A stretch of DNA of 59,483 nucleotides from Bdellovibrionales bacterium (GTDB taxonomy: Bacteria > Bdellovibrionota > UBA1018 > CAIMNF01), in NCBI GenBank assembly GCA_040379745.1, contig JBEIKL010000001.1, positions 1-59,483 on the forward strand, given 5' to 3'. How positions within the stretch are numbered: the stretch's first letter is position 1; every line of letters starts with the position of its first letter. Position numbers and translations under genes: made by a program. Positions 1-9,364 of this stretch are shown piece after piece. The notes beneath the pieces were generated by a model that saw only the letters and a list, made by a program, of their open reading frames with translations, ran no database searches and was not told the origin of the DNA.

Positions 1-819
1 GATCGCGCTGAATCCAAAGTCGTGATGATGGCTTCCACTGAAGGTGGAATGGAAATCGAAGAAGTGGCTGAACAGCACCCTGAGAAAATCTTCCGCGCGG
101 TAATCGACCCGGGTACGGGTTTCATGCCTCACCACGGTCGCACTCTCGCTCTTGCGCTTGGTCTTCCGACCGAGATGATGAAAGACGCAGTGGCGTTCTT
201 CAAAGGAATCTACGATTGCTTCATGCAAATGGATTGCTCTCAGGTCGAGATCAACCCGATGGTCATCACTGGCGACAACAAATTGCTCGCGCTTGATTGC
301 AAGATGAACTTCGACGAAAACGCACTCTTCCGTCACCCTGAAGTGGTTGAAATGCGCGATCTTCTCGAAGAAAACGCTCAGGACGTGGAAGCTTCCAAAT
401 ACGAACTTGCTTACATTGCGCTCGATGGAAACATCGGTTGCTTGGTGAATGGTGCGGGTCTGGCGATGGCGACTCTCGACATCATCAAGCTCGCTGGTGG
501 TACACCGGCGAACTTCCTCGATGTGGGTGGCGGCGCTTCGAAAGAAAAAGTGACCCAGGCGTTCAAGATCATTCTCAAGGATCCGAAAGTGAAAGCGATC
601 CTCGTGAACATCTTCGGCGGAATCATGAAGTGTGATGTGATTGCAGAGGGCGTGATCGCTGCTGCAAAAGAGCTTCAGCTTTCTGTTCCTCTCGTGGTTC
701 GTCTCGAAGGAACCAACGTGGAACTCGGAAAGAAACTTCTTTCCGAGAGCGGATTGAAAATCACACCGGCAGACGATCTTGCAGATGCTGCTAAAAAAGT
801 AGTGGAGGCAGCGAAGTAG
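1..819 (+). CDS. sucC: succinyl-CoA synthetase (ADP-forming) beta subunit, C-terminal part; the 5' end lies outside the window
   Basis: Frame 1 is open from base 1, so the M at 22 is internal. Motifs [24 protein letters not shown] and [16 protein letters not shown] are present. sucD follows 27 nt downstream. Confidence 0.95.
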   Translation, partial: DRAESKVVMMASTEGGMEIEEVAEQHPEKIFRAVIDPGTGFMPHHGRTLALALGLPTEMMKDAVAFFKGIYDCFMQMDCSQVEINPMVITGDNKLLALDCKMNFDENALFRHPEVVEMRDLLEENAQDVEASKYELAYIALDGNIGCLVNGAGLAMATLDIIKLAGGTPANFLDVGGGASKEKVTQAFKIILKDPKVKAILVNIFGGIMKCDVIAEGVIAAAKELQLSVPLVVRLEGTNVELGKKLLSESGLKITPADDLADAAKKVVEAAK

Positions 820-846
820 AACCGAAAGGTTCTCAGCTGAACAGAT

Positions 847-1734
847 ATGTCTATTTGGGTTGATAAAAATACAAAATTGATCGTTCAAGGAATCACCGGC
901 TCTCAAGGGCTGTATCACGCTAAAGGTTGTCATGAGTACGGCCTGAAGTTCGATGGTTCAAAAGTAGTGGGCGGAGTCACTCCGGGCAAAGGCGGTCAAT
1001 CCGTCGAAGGTTTCCCGGTATTCAATTCCGTGGGTGAAGCGGTGAAGAAAACCGGCGCAAATGCGACCATGATCTTCGTTCCGCCTCCTGCAGCAGCTGA
1101 TTCCATTTGTGAAGCGGCAGAAGCGGGCGTTCCACTGATCATCGCGATCACCGAAGGCATTCCAGTCGCGGACATGATCGCGACCAAGCGTTTCGTGAAA
1201 GAAAAAGGCTCTCGCCTGATCGGTCCGAACTGTCCGGGAATCATCACTCCGGGTCAGTGCAAGATCGGGATCATGCCGGGACACATCCATCTTCCAGGAA
1301 GAATTGGTGTGGTTTCCCGTTCTGGAACTCTTACTTATGAAGCAGTTTATCAGCTCACCAAGCTCGGCATCGGTCAAAGTACCTGTGTCGGTATCGGTGG
1401 CGACCCGGTAAATGGAACCAACTTTATCGATGTTCTCGAAGCATTCAATGCAGACCCGAACACTGACGGAATCATCATGATTGGTGAAATCGGCGGAACT
1501 GCGGAAGAAGAAGCGGCAGAGTTCATCAAGAAACAAGTCAAGAAGCCAGTGGTTGGCTTCATCGGCGGTGCATCTGCGCCTCCGGGTAAACGGATGGGAC
1601 ACGCAGGTGCCATCATTTCCGGCGGCAAAGGAACTGCTGAAGAGAAATTCAAAGCGCTTGAGGCTGCAGGAGTACGGATTTCCCGTTCACCGGCAACCAT
1701 GGGCATCACATTGAAAGAAGCAATGAAAGGGTAG
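847..1734 (+). CDS. sucD: succinyl-CoA synthetase alpha subunit
   Basis: CoA-binding N-terminus VQGITGSQG, the SRSGTLTYE motif and the phosphohistidine loop [11 protein letters not shown]. At 295 aa it is a typical length. Confidence 0.95.
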   Translation: MSIWVDKNTKLIVQGITGSQGLYHAKGCHEYGLKFDGSKVVGGVTPGKGGQSVEGFPVFNSVGEAVKKTGANATMIFVPPPAAADSICEAAEAGVPLIIAITEGIPVADMIATKRFVKEKGSRLIGPNCPGIITPGQCKIGIMPGHIHLPGRIGVVSRSGTLTYEAVYQLTKLGIGQSTCVGIGGDPVNGTNFIDVLEAFNADPNTDGIIMIGEIGGTAEEEAAEFIKKQVKKPVVGFIGGASAPPGKRMGHAGAIISGGKGTAEEKFKALEAAGVRISRSPATMGITLKEAMKG

Positions 1735-1738
1735 TATT

Positions 1739-2167
1739 ATGGCAATCGAAAAAACATTCAGTATCGTAAAACCAAACGCAGTCGAGAAGAACAATATCGG
1801 AAAGATCATCGATCGTTTCGAATCCAAAGGTCTTCGTGTATCCGCTGCTAAATTCACCAAGCTTTCCAAAGAAAAAGCGGAAGGTTTCTACATCGAGCAC
1901 AAAGAGCGTCCGTTCTTCGGAAGCCTGGTCAGCTTCATGACTAACGGTCCGGTATTGTTGATGGTTCTCGAAGGTGAGAACGCAGTACTGGCTAACCGTG
2001 AAATCATGGGCGCGACTGATCCGTCCAAAGCGGCAGAAGGCACCATCCGTAAGGATTTCGCTGACAGCATCGAAGCAAACGCAGTACACGGCTCTGACAG
2101 CCTTGCATCTGCTGAGCGCGAAATCAGCTACTTCTTCGAACGTTCTGAAGTCATTTCCCGTTTCTAA
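1739..2167 (+). CDS. ndk: nucleoside diphosphate kinase
   Basis: [10 protein letters not shown]-terminus and the NAVHGSDS active-site His motif; 142 aa. Confidence 0.95.
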   Translation: MAIEKTFSIVKPNAVEKNNIGKIIDRFESKGLRVSAAKFTKLSKEKAEGFYIEHKERPFFGSLVSFMTNGPVLLMVLEGENAVLANREIMGATDPSKAAEGTIRKDFADSIEANAVHGSDSLASAEREISYFFERSEVISRF

Positions 2168-2182
2168 TCCAAAGGAATCGTC

Positions 2183-2680
2183 ATGAATAAAAAAATCGAT
2201 CTCAACAAGTTCAAGGATGTGATGGGCCAGCTGAAGACCAAGCAACAGCAGCTTAAAACTTTGATGAATAAGGAAACCCTGAAGGAAGCGAAGAAATATG
2301 CTGAAGCTTCCGGCAAGGAACTGAAAGACATCATCAAGAACACGGACACGAAAAAAGTGAAGTCGTTCATCACCAAGGAAGCCAAAGAGTTGCAAAAACT
2401 CCAGAAGCAGATCCCGGGTGAAATCGCGAAATTCACCAAGTTCGTGAACTCCCAAGCCAAGGAACTTGAGAAGATTTTGAAAACCGTGAATGCGCTCGAA
2501 GCGGCGGACCTCATTCAGTCCAAAGTGAAAAGCACCATCAAGGGAAAATCTCCTGTAGGAAAAAAGTCCAAAACTTCTTCCAAGAAATCTTCCACTCCGG
2601 CAGCCGAAGCAGCAAAAGCGGAAGCGCCAAAAATGGAAACCATGGCAGAAGTGAAGACGGAAGAAACTCCGCAGGCGTAA
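2183..2680 (+). CDS. hypothetical Lys/Glu-rich predicted coiled-coil protein with a basic Ser/Lys tail
   Basis: 165-aa ORF with no signal peptide. It has a heptad-like K/E/L composition and a C-terminal [18 protein letters not shown]. It ends 3 nt before the next gene. I recognised no catalytic motif. Confidence 0.6.
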   Translation: MNKKIDLNKFKDVMGQLKTKQQQLKTLMNKETLKEAKKYAEASGKELKDIIKNTDTKKVKSFITKEAKELQKLQKQIPGEIAKFTKFVNSQAKELEKILKTVNALEAADLIQSKVKSTIKGKSPVGKKSKTSSKKSSTPAAEAAKAEAPKMETMAEVKTEETPQA

Positions 2681-2682
2681 TC

Positions 2683-3297
2683 ATGGCTAAGAAACCAGTG
2701 AAAAAGGCCGCGGTAAAACCCGCAGCCAAGAAAACAACAGGTTTGAAAAAAGCGGCAGTTGCTAAAAAAGCGACTGCCGCAAAGCCTGTTGCATCAAAAA
2801 CTCCGAAAAAAGCGGCGAAAGTCGCTCCGGTAGTGGAATCATTGTTGAAAGTGGGGCAAAAGGCTCCTGCATTCACGCTGATGAATCACGCCGGTCAAAA
2901 GGTGTCGTTGAAGGACTTTGCGGGTAAGAAACTCGTGATTTATTTCTACCCGAAAGACGATACCCCGGGTTGCACCAAAGAAAGTTGTGACTTCCGTGAT
3001 CAGTTCGAACCGGTGAAAAAAAACGGCGCTGTGGTCATCGGGGTCAGCAAGGACTCGGTCGCATCCCATCTGAAGTTCAAGACCAAGTACTCGCTTCCGT
3101 TCGATCTACTCTCTGATGAAGAGGGCAAGATGTGCGAAGCCTACGGTGTTTGGAAGGAAAAAAGCATGTACGGCCGTAAGTACATGGGTATTGAACGTAG
3201 CACTTTCATCGTGGATGAATCCGGAAAGATCGCAAAAATCTATCCGAAAGTATCGGTCACCGGTCACGTCGATGAAGTACTGAAGGATCTGCAATGA
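2683..3297 (+). CDS. bcp: Bcp/PrxQ-type peroxiredoxin with a ~55-aa histone-H1-like Lys/Ala/Pro N-terminal extension
   Basis: [19 protein letters not shown] is the Bcp CxxxxC peroxidatic motif. Residues 1-55 read [34 protein letters not shown]... Alternative GTG/TTG starts at 2833-2851 would remove the tail. Confidence 0.85.
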   Translation: MAKKPVKKAAVKPAAKKTTGLKKAAVAKKATAAKPVASKTPKKAAKVAPVVESLLKVGQKAPAFTLMNHAGQKVSLKDFAGKKLVIYFYPKDDTPGCTKESCDFRDQFEPVKKNGAVVIGVSKDSVASHLKFKTKYSLPFDLLSDEEGKMCEAYGVWKEKSMYGRKYMGIERSTFIVDESGKIAKIYPKVSVTGHVDEVLKDLQ

Positions 3298-3785
3298 ATC
3301 AGGAAGAACAAAACAAGACCTACGCTTCTTTTCAAGGAATCAAGAATGTGATCGTGGTGTTCTCGTCGAAGGCCCAGTCTTTCGATGAGGCCGCTCTGGA
3401 AAACTTCATCCATCACGCCTATCCGGGGGCGAAAGTCTTTTTTATTTCCACCAGCGGTCAGGCGATCGGCAAGAAGGCTCCATCCAAAGTGGATCTCTTG
3501 ATTGATTTCACCCAGCCAGGTGCCCGTCAGTCCCTGTTGTTTGCACTGAAAATGAGACAGAAGACCCGCTACGCGATCGGACGCAAGGCAGGTCTGTATT
3601 TCCGGTCCAAGAGGTATGACCGGATCTATGATGAGAAAAATGATTCTGCCAAACCAAAGGACTATCTGGCAGGTGAAACCTGGGCACAACGTAAAGTGCT
3701 GGAACTCGCAGGGGTTCCGGTCGTTCGCCAGGGCGGAGTGACTCAGGATCGCAGTAAGGAAATTGCGCTCGAGATCAGACGCTGA
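3294..3785 (+). CDS. hypothetical protein with a weak resemblance to the N-terminal half of GT9 glycosyltransferases
   Basis: ATGA overlap with the bcp stop. 163 aa with no signal peptide. The block [31 protein letters not shown] resembles the DLvIDlq..l.sa.l..la.a..riG block of heptosyltransferases. Confidence 0.5.
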   Translation: MNQEEQNKTYASFQGIKNVIVVFSSKAQSFDEAALENFIHHAYPGAKVFFISTSGQAIGKKAPSKVDLLIDFTQPGARQSLLFALKMRQKTRYAIGRKAGLYFRSKRYDRIYDEKNDSAKPKDYLAGETWAQRKVLELAGVPVVRQGGVTQDRSKEIALEIRR

Positions 3786-3813
3786 TCCTGCAAGCAGCGT
3801 CGGGAATGGACCG

Positions 3814-5259
3814 ATGGCTCAAGGAATTTTGAAAATCGCAAATCAGGCTTGGAAAACCCTGATCTCCCTCAAATTCGCCGTCATGGTGATGGTGGCTCTG
3901 ACGATTTCGCTGATCGTAGCGACGTTCATTGAGTCCAACGTCGATACCAAAACAGCCCAATACTATGTCTATCGGACCTGGTGGTTTTTCAGCTTGCTCG
4001 GGTCTTTTGGCGCGTTGATTCTGGCTGTTGCCATCAGTCGTTGGCCTTGGAAGAAAAAACACACGCCGTTCCTCATGGCCCACGCGGGTATCCTGATGAT
4101 CCTCGTTGGTTCCTGGCTCACTTATTCCAAAGGGATCGACGGAAGCATGCAATTGACCGAAGGCGAGGTCAGTTCATCAGTCGAGCTCGACCAGCAAGTG
4201 CTCGTGTTCAAGAAGAACGAATCCATGCACTCGGTTAGTTTTCCATGGATGCCCGCATCCGTTGCGGAAAACTTCAAACCCAAGCCTTATTCTGAATTCG
4301 GAGTCCTCGTTGAAAAACTGATTGCCGATTCCACGCCGAACTTCCAATTCAATCCGGCTCCGGAAGGAAGCACGGAAAAAACGGGCTCAGCTGTTCTGGT
4401 CAAAATCTTGGGGGCACCGATGGGTGGCACACCGGAGATCTGGATGTGGACCGGTGATCCTGCCTGGGCAACCCAGAAAATGGGGCCTGCACGATTCTTG
4501 ATCCGTTCCGCTGATACGAAGTTACCACCAAGCGAACCGGGTGAAGCTCGTTTCGAATTCATCGTTTCAAAAAAGGGCGAGCTTTCTTTTGAAGCGATCT
4601 CTCCTCGTGGTGAAAAGCGCGGCGGTAAAATCAACTTTATGGGAACCGATCCGGTGGTCGTCAATCCGGGCTGGCGCATGCCGATTCAGTTGATGGTGAA
4701 AAAGTTCGTTCCTGTTGCGATCAATCAGACAGAATATGTGCCCGCAAAAGAACGCTCGAATAATCCGGTTCCGGCGATTCGCATTTCACTTCTGGAAAAC
4801 CCGGCTTCAAAGCTTTGGTTGGCGCTCGGCGACCGTGCTGAATTCACCAGTCAGGGGGTGGATCGCATCTCGGTGGGTTACTTCCAAAAGAGAGTCATTC
4901 TTCCATTCGCACTTCGTCTGAAAAACTTTGAAATGAAACATAATCCCGGAACGATGGATCCATCCGCGTATGCTTCCCACGTGCAGGTGATCGAGAACTT
5001 TCAAAAGTCCACTGAAGAAATGGATGCATTAACGGTGCACACCATTCAGATGAATGAACCATTGAAAGCTCAGGGGTTCACTTTCTATCAGGCGAGTTAC
5101 ATCCCTGATTTTCCGAGAGTGACCACGACCGTATTGTCCGTGAACCAGGATCCCGGTCGTTTCCTGAAGTATGCCGGGTCCCTGTTGCTCGTCCTCGGAT
5201 CCATTCTTCTCTATCTTACCAAAGTCGTTACCCGAAAAAAGGCGGTCGTCGCATCATGA
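3814..5259 (+). CDS. resB: cytochrome c biogenesis protein ResB/Ccs1 (system II)
   Basis: N-terminal TM segments and a large periplasmic loop. The C-terminal block is GFTFYQASYIPDFPRVTTTVLSVNQDPGRFLKYAGSLLLVLG. I chose the ATG at 3814 because the ORF-track start at 3763 overlaps the upstream gene. ATGA coupling to ccsA. Confidence 0.8.
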   Translation: MAQGILKIANQAWKTLISLKFAVMVMVALTISLIVATFIESNVDTKTAQYYVYRTWWFFSLLGSFGALILAVAISRWPWKKKHTPFLMAHAGILMILVGSWLTYSKGIDGSMQLTEGEVSSSVELDQQVLVFKKNESMHSVSFPWMPASVAENFKPKPYSEFGVLVEKLIADSTPNFQFNPAPEGSTEKTGSAVLVKILGAPMGGTPEIWMWTGDPAWATQKMGPARFLIRSADTKLPPSEPGEARFEFIVSKKGELSFEAISPRGEKRGGKINFMGTDPVVVNPGWRMPIQLMVKKFVPVAINQTEYVPAKERSNNPVPAIRISLLENPASKLWLALGDRAEFTSQGVDRISVGYFQKRVILPFALRLKNFEMKHNPGTMDPSAYASHVQVIENFQKSTEEMDALTVHTIQMNEPLKAQGFTFYQASYIPDFPRVTTTVLSVNQDPGRFLKYAGSLLLVLGSILLYLTKVVTRKKAVVAS

Positions 5260-6962
5260 AAAAAATCGCTTCAGTTTTATTTGTTTTATCCTTGTTTTCT
5301 TCTGCATTCATCGCAACAGCCGGTGCCGAAGACCGTTTCCCCGAGCCCCTGAAGGGCGCGCGCCTTTCCGACCTCAGACAGATTCCTACCCAATCAGGCG
5401 GTCGCTTGAAACCGTTTGACGAATTTGCGCGTGAGACGGTCCTTTCCATGACCGGCATGCGTTCCTTCGGGAAGCTGGAGCCGAGCGAGATGGTGGTTTC
5501 AATGCTGATTGAACCGCGCGTTTGGTCCGATCTTCCCATCATCCGTGTTTCCAATGATGAATTGAAAAAACAAATGCTCCTTGACCTCGGTCGCAAGTAT
5601 TTTACGCCGAACGAACTGATGAAGAACAATGTGTTCCTTCAATATGCCCAAGGCGTTCAAGGGCAGGGAGCTCAGGTCACCAGCAAGGGTATCGAGGTCA
5701 CCACCAGCAAGAAGAACCCGCGCACCGAAGAACTCAATCGAGTGGTGGATCGGGTCACGCGGTTCCAGAACCTGGTCGCAGGACAGTTGTGGATGGTCAT
5801 GCCGGATCAGACCGTGGCATTGTCTGCAGGTCAGGATCAAAAATGGATCGCCCTTCAGGAATCCATGAAGTCAGATCATCCTGCCATGCAAGCCGTGGTG
5901 GGTATGCTCAAGGCCTATTTGGAGCGCAATTCTAACGATTTCAATGAACAATCGCGTTTGGCGCGTGAACGGGTTTCCGCTGCGGTCCCGGGATTCGCCG
6001 AGCATCAATATGAGTTGAAGTCCGAGGTCCTGTACAATCTTCTTCGTCCGTTCCTTCAGGCGATGATTTTCTATCTCCTGGCCGGTATCTTGTGGATGTT
6101 CGCCAGTGGACACGCCATTGCCCGGATCATGGCAAAAATCACCACGTTCCTTGCGCTTTCCATGCACACCATCGGGTTCGCCTTGCGTTGTTATGTGGCT
6201 GGTCGTCCGCCGGTGACCAATATGTATGAATCGATCATCTGGGTCAGCTTGGGAGTGATGGTTTTCGCACTCTTGATCTATGCCAAACACAAGCATGTGA
6301 TCCTGCTGACCACTTCCACGATCTTGGCCGGTCTTTCGCTTTTTGCCGCCGATGCCGCACCGATGGTGATGGATCCGACCATTCGTCCTTTGGTACCGGT
6401 TTTGCGCAGTAATTACTGGCTCACGATCCACGTTCTGACGATCACACTCAGTTATGCCGCATTCATGCTGGCGATGGGGATTTCCAACATTTCGCTTTTC
6501 CGATTCACGCGCCCGGCAAGTGAAGCGAATGAGCAACGTATTTCACTTCTCAATCAATTGTCTTATCGGGCATTGATGTTCGGAACCGTCTTGCTTGCCG
6601 CAGGCACGATTCTCGGCGGGATTTGGGCGGATTATTCCTGGGGTCGATTCTGGGGTTGGGATCCGAAAGAAGTCTGGGCCCTCATCGCTCTTCTTGCATA
6701 CATGGCAGTTTTGCACGGCCGATTCACCGGTTGGGTGGGCAAGTACACCTTCCCGCTGTGGACCGTGATCTGTTTCAGCACCGTGCTCATGGCTTGGTAT
6801 GGTGTCAATTTCGTACTCGGAGTCGGCTTGCATTCCTATGGATTCTCGAATGGCGGTCAGGCGGTAATGGCATCATTCGTGATTTTTCAGGGACTGTTCT
6901 GCGCTTGGGTGCATTTCCGCAAGAAGAAAGATGCATCGGGTTCCGCCCATGCCGTTTCCTGA
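5256..6962 (+). CDS. ccsA: cytochrome c-type biogenesis protein CcsA/ResC (heme handling, W-rich motif)
   Basis: Signal or TM N-terminus and a polytopic membrane protein. The WWD-type motif WADYSWGRFWGWDPKEVWALIALLAYMAVLH is present. Adjacent to resB. Confidence 0.85.
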   Translation: MKKIASVLFVLSLFSSAFIATAGAEDRFPEPLKGARLSDLRQIPTQSGGRLKPFDEFARETVLSMTGMRSFGKLEPSEMVVSMLIEPRVWSDLPIIRVSNDELKKQMLLDLGRKYFTPNELMKNNVFLQYAQGVQGQGAQVTSKGIEVTTSKKNPRTEELNRVVDRVTRFQNLVAGQLWMVMPDQTVALSAGQDQKWIALQESMKSDHPAMQAVVGMLKAYLERNSNDFNEQSRLARERVSAAVPGFAEHQYELKSEVLYNLLRPFLQAMIFYLLAGILWMFASGHAIARIMAKITTFLALSMHTIGFALRCYVAGRPPVTNMYESIIWVSLGVMVFALLIYAKHKHVILLTTSTILAGLSLFAADAAPMVMDPTIRPLVPVLRSNYWLTIHVLTITLSYAAFMLAMGISNISLFRFTRPASEANEQRISLLNQLSYRALMFGTVLLAAGTILGGIWADYSWGRFWGWDPKEVWALIALLAYMAVLHGRFTGWVGKYTFPLWTVICFSTVLMAWYGVNFVLGVGLHSYGFSNGGQAVMASFVIFQGLFCAWVHFRKKKDASGSAHAVS

Positions 6963-7908
6963 TTGGATAGCCTCATTCGAACAGCTTCGTGAAGGATTCG
7001 ACGGCCTGATCGAATTCAGTGCTCCGTTGTCCAAAGTCACTTACTATCGCATTGGTGGGCCAGCAACGGTTCTCGCCACTCCGAAATCGGTGCGCGATCT
7101 GGAGCGACTTTCTCGCGCGATCGCACAAACGGGAGTGCCGTTTTTCATGCTCGGCTGGGGATCGAATCTGCTGTTCAGAGATGAAGGATTCAATGGCGTC
7201 GTCATCCGGATCAAGAACCTGTTCAATCAAATCGAAGAATTGCCTGATTCGCAATTGCGAGTTGGCGCCGGAGTAGGCGCTTCCACTCTCTTGCGTCGTG
7301 CACAGGAACAGGGCTATGGCGGACTCGAGTGCCTGACCGGAATTCCAGGCTCGGTCGGTGGCATGGTCGCGATGAACGCCGGCACCCACTTGGGCGAAAT
7401 GGCTGGTCTCTTGTCACAGGTGGAAACGGTTACGGTAGGAGCTTCAGAAGAGGACTTCGTGGTGAAATCCGTTGTGCCGAATTTCAGGAGTTTTTCTTAT
7501 CGGCGCAATCACTTTCTCCAACCGCACGAATTGGTGACTCATGTGGAACTCCGTTATCATCAGGAAGAGCCTTCAAGAGTCAAATCCACGATCGATGATC
7601 TTTATCAGCGTCGAAAGCTCACCCAGCCGGTGGATTATCCTTCTTGTGGAAGTGTGTTCATGAATCCCAAAGGAAAAAGCGGTGAGGGTGGAGTCGGACT
7701 CAATGCCTGGCAAGTGATCGATCAACTGGGGCTGCGCGGACATCGCATCGGTGGCGCTCAGATCTCTGAAAAGCACTCCAACTTCATCATCAATCTCGGT
7801 GATGCCAAGGCTGCCGAGGTGATCGCTTTGATCGAGCTGGTGAAGGTGCGCGCGCGAGTCGATCTTGGGATTGAGATGCACGAGGAAGTGAAGATCATCG
7901 GGAACTAG
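6931..7908 (+). CDS. murB: UDP-N-acetylenolpyruvoylglucosamine reductase
   Basis: TYYRIGGPA, GWGSNLLF, GIPGSVGGMVAMNAG and SCGSVFMNP. The start could instead be the ATG at 6949. Confidence 0.9.
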   Translation: MHRVPPMPFPDWIASFEQLREGFDGLIEFSAPLSKVTYYRIGGPATVLATPKSVRDLERLSRAIAQTGVPFFMLGWGSNLLFRDEGFNGVVIRIKNLFNQIEELPDSQLRVGAGVGASTLLRRAQEQGYGGLECLTGIPGSVGGMVAMNAGTHLGEMAGLLSQVETVTVGASEEDFVVKSVVPNFRSFSYRRNHFLQPHELVTHVELRYHQEEPSRVKSTIDDLYQRRKLTQPVDYPSCGSVFMNPKGKSGEGGVGLNAWQVIDQLGLRGHRIGGAQISEKHSNFIINLGDAKAAEVIALIELVKVRARVDLGIEMHEEVKIIGN

Positions 7909-9296
7909 TGGAAAATATTTTTCATCCGGTTCAGGAAATTCAGATTGCAGTAATCGAGTAAACTCGATTTTTTCACGCCAAATACCCGTTCCCGGAGCTC
8001 ATCCCGAACCCGGGCCAGTTTCTCATTGTTTTTCAGGATGTCATCCGACCCGCGCACGGGAATCAGTGAATCATCGATCAGGGCCCGCAGACTGGAACGC
8101 TTCATGCCGGCATCCCGGAGTCTTTCGAGGGTTTCGGCGAATCGCGAGGATTCACCGAGGATTCCGTAACCATCCGACCCCAGCACTACGGTCATTCCGG
8201 CTCGATGGATTTTCTCGATGGTTTTGACCAGGTCCTTGATTTCCGCCTGATGGATGCGGATGTTCGATTCGATGTTCGCTTCAAAACGGATTTTCATGCC
8301 TTGGTATTTGGGATACCTGCTCATGGAACGTTGATGGATCTTTTGAAAGCGGTCAATCGATTCCTGATCGAGCATGTTGATGTGCCCGACCCGAAGAGTG
8401 GCCGGAAGGCATTTCCGTGTGGCGCACTCGCGGAGTGCTCCCCAGATTGCATCATAGAATTTGCCGGTATTCGATCGTTCAAATGCATGGATTCTCACCG
8501 TCCCGCTAAACTGTGGACTGCTTTTGAAGGCGCTGATGATCCTGTCCTTGATTTTTTCTGTGCTTTCTTTTGCAAAGGAATCCTTATCCATCGATTCGTA
8601 AATGCTTCCGGATATGTCGACGCCGTAGATCAGGGGCGGATTGTTCCGGTTACCCATCAAGGATCTTGCATTGCTTAAAGATTCGTCGAATTTGTTTTTC
8701 GGAACATTCGATCGGGGAATCGAATAGTAATACTCGGAGTTCATCCCTTTTGCCCGATACATCCGTTCCAGTGTTCCCAGGATTTTCCGATCGGCGAGAT
8801 ATTCCGGAACACTGAAAAGGGATCTTCCTGCCTCATCGAACTTCGCTGTTTTCAGATAATGTTCGATCGCCGGAACGATTTTTTCAGGATCTTTCCGAAA
8901 CAGTTCGTCGCGGATCGTGGTCGAAGCCAGATAGGATCTGCGCGGATCACCGCCCATTTCCCTCATCTCAAACATGGATTCAAGGATTCCCTGTGGCGTG
9001 GTTCCGGGAATCCGGCTTGAAATGTTCTCGCAAAGTTTGGTGAGGTTGACGTCTTTCACCATATCCTTCAGATCCTCTGGCGGAATCAGATGTCCGAACT
9101 TGTCATTCAAGTGCGCAGGGTTACTGAAAAGATCCAGTGCGGGCAGTTCTCCAAGTTTGCCATCATAGGCGGCTTCGATGTCCACCAGTCTCGGTAGGTA
9201 CTGTAAGTGTTCATGATCATTCCCGGCCAAAGCCGAATGGAAAGTGAGTATGAGCAGGAATGCGAATGTTCCGAACTTACGGATGAATCCCATCAT
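7905..9296 (-). CDS. secreted adenosine-deaminase-like / amidohydrolase-superfamily protein (divergent), paralogue 1
   Basis: I chose the ATG at 9296 (MMGFIRKFGTFAFLLILTFHSALA signal peptide). Ordered motifs are GNDHEHLQY (HxH), GVDISGSIYE, RIHAFE, LRVGHI, FEANIESN and LGSDGYGI. They follow the order of the ADA motifs HxH, DLAGDE, HAGE, RIGHG, CPxSN and TDDP. Confidence 0.5.
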   Translation of the reverse strand: MMGFIRKFGTFAFLLILTFHSALAGNDHEHLQYLPRLVDIEAAYDGKLGELPALDLFSNPAHLNDKFGHLIPPEDLKDMVKDVNLTKLCENISSRIPGTTPQGILESMFEMREMGGDPRRSYLASTTIRDELFRKDPEKIVPAIEHYLKTAKFDEAGRSLFSVPEYLADRKILGTLERMYRAKGMNSEYYYSIPRSNVPKNKFDESLSNARSLMGNRNNPPLIYGVDISGSIYESMDKDSFAKESTEKIKDRIISAFKSSPQFSGTVRIHAFERSNTGKFYDAIWGALRECATRKCLPATLRVGHINMLDQESIDRFQKIHQRSMSRYPKYQGMKIRFEANIESNIRIHQAEIKDLVKTIEKIHRAGMTVVLGSDGYGILGESSRFAETLERLRDAGMKRSSLRALIDDSLIPVRGSDDILKNNEKLARVRDELRERVFGVKKSSLLDYCNLNFLNRMKNIFH

Positions 9297-9364
9297 TTTC
9301 TGATCGGCATTGTGACGGAATAACTGTTGAGTCAAGTCGTTGACGTTGTTTTGGCGGGAAAGGT

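Noticed and set aside
2183-2680. The Lys-rich 165-aa protein as a phasin or a histone-like protein.
   Set aside because: Only its composition and coiled-coil character suggest either. There is no histone fold, HU/IHF motif or phasin motif that I can recognise, so I leave it as hypothetical.
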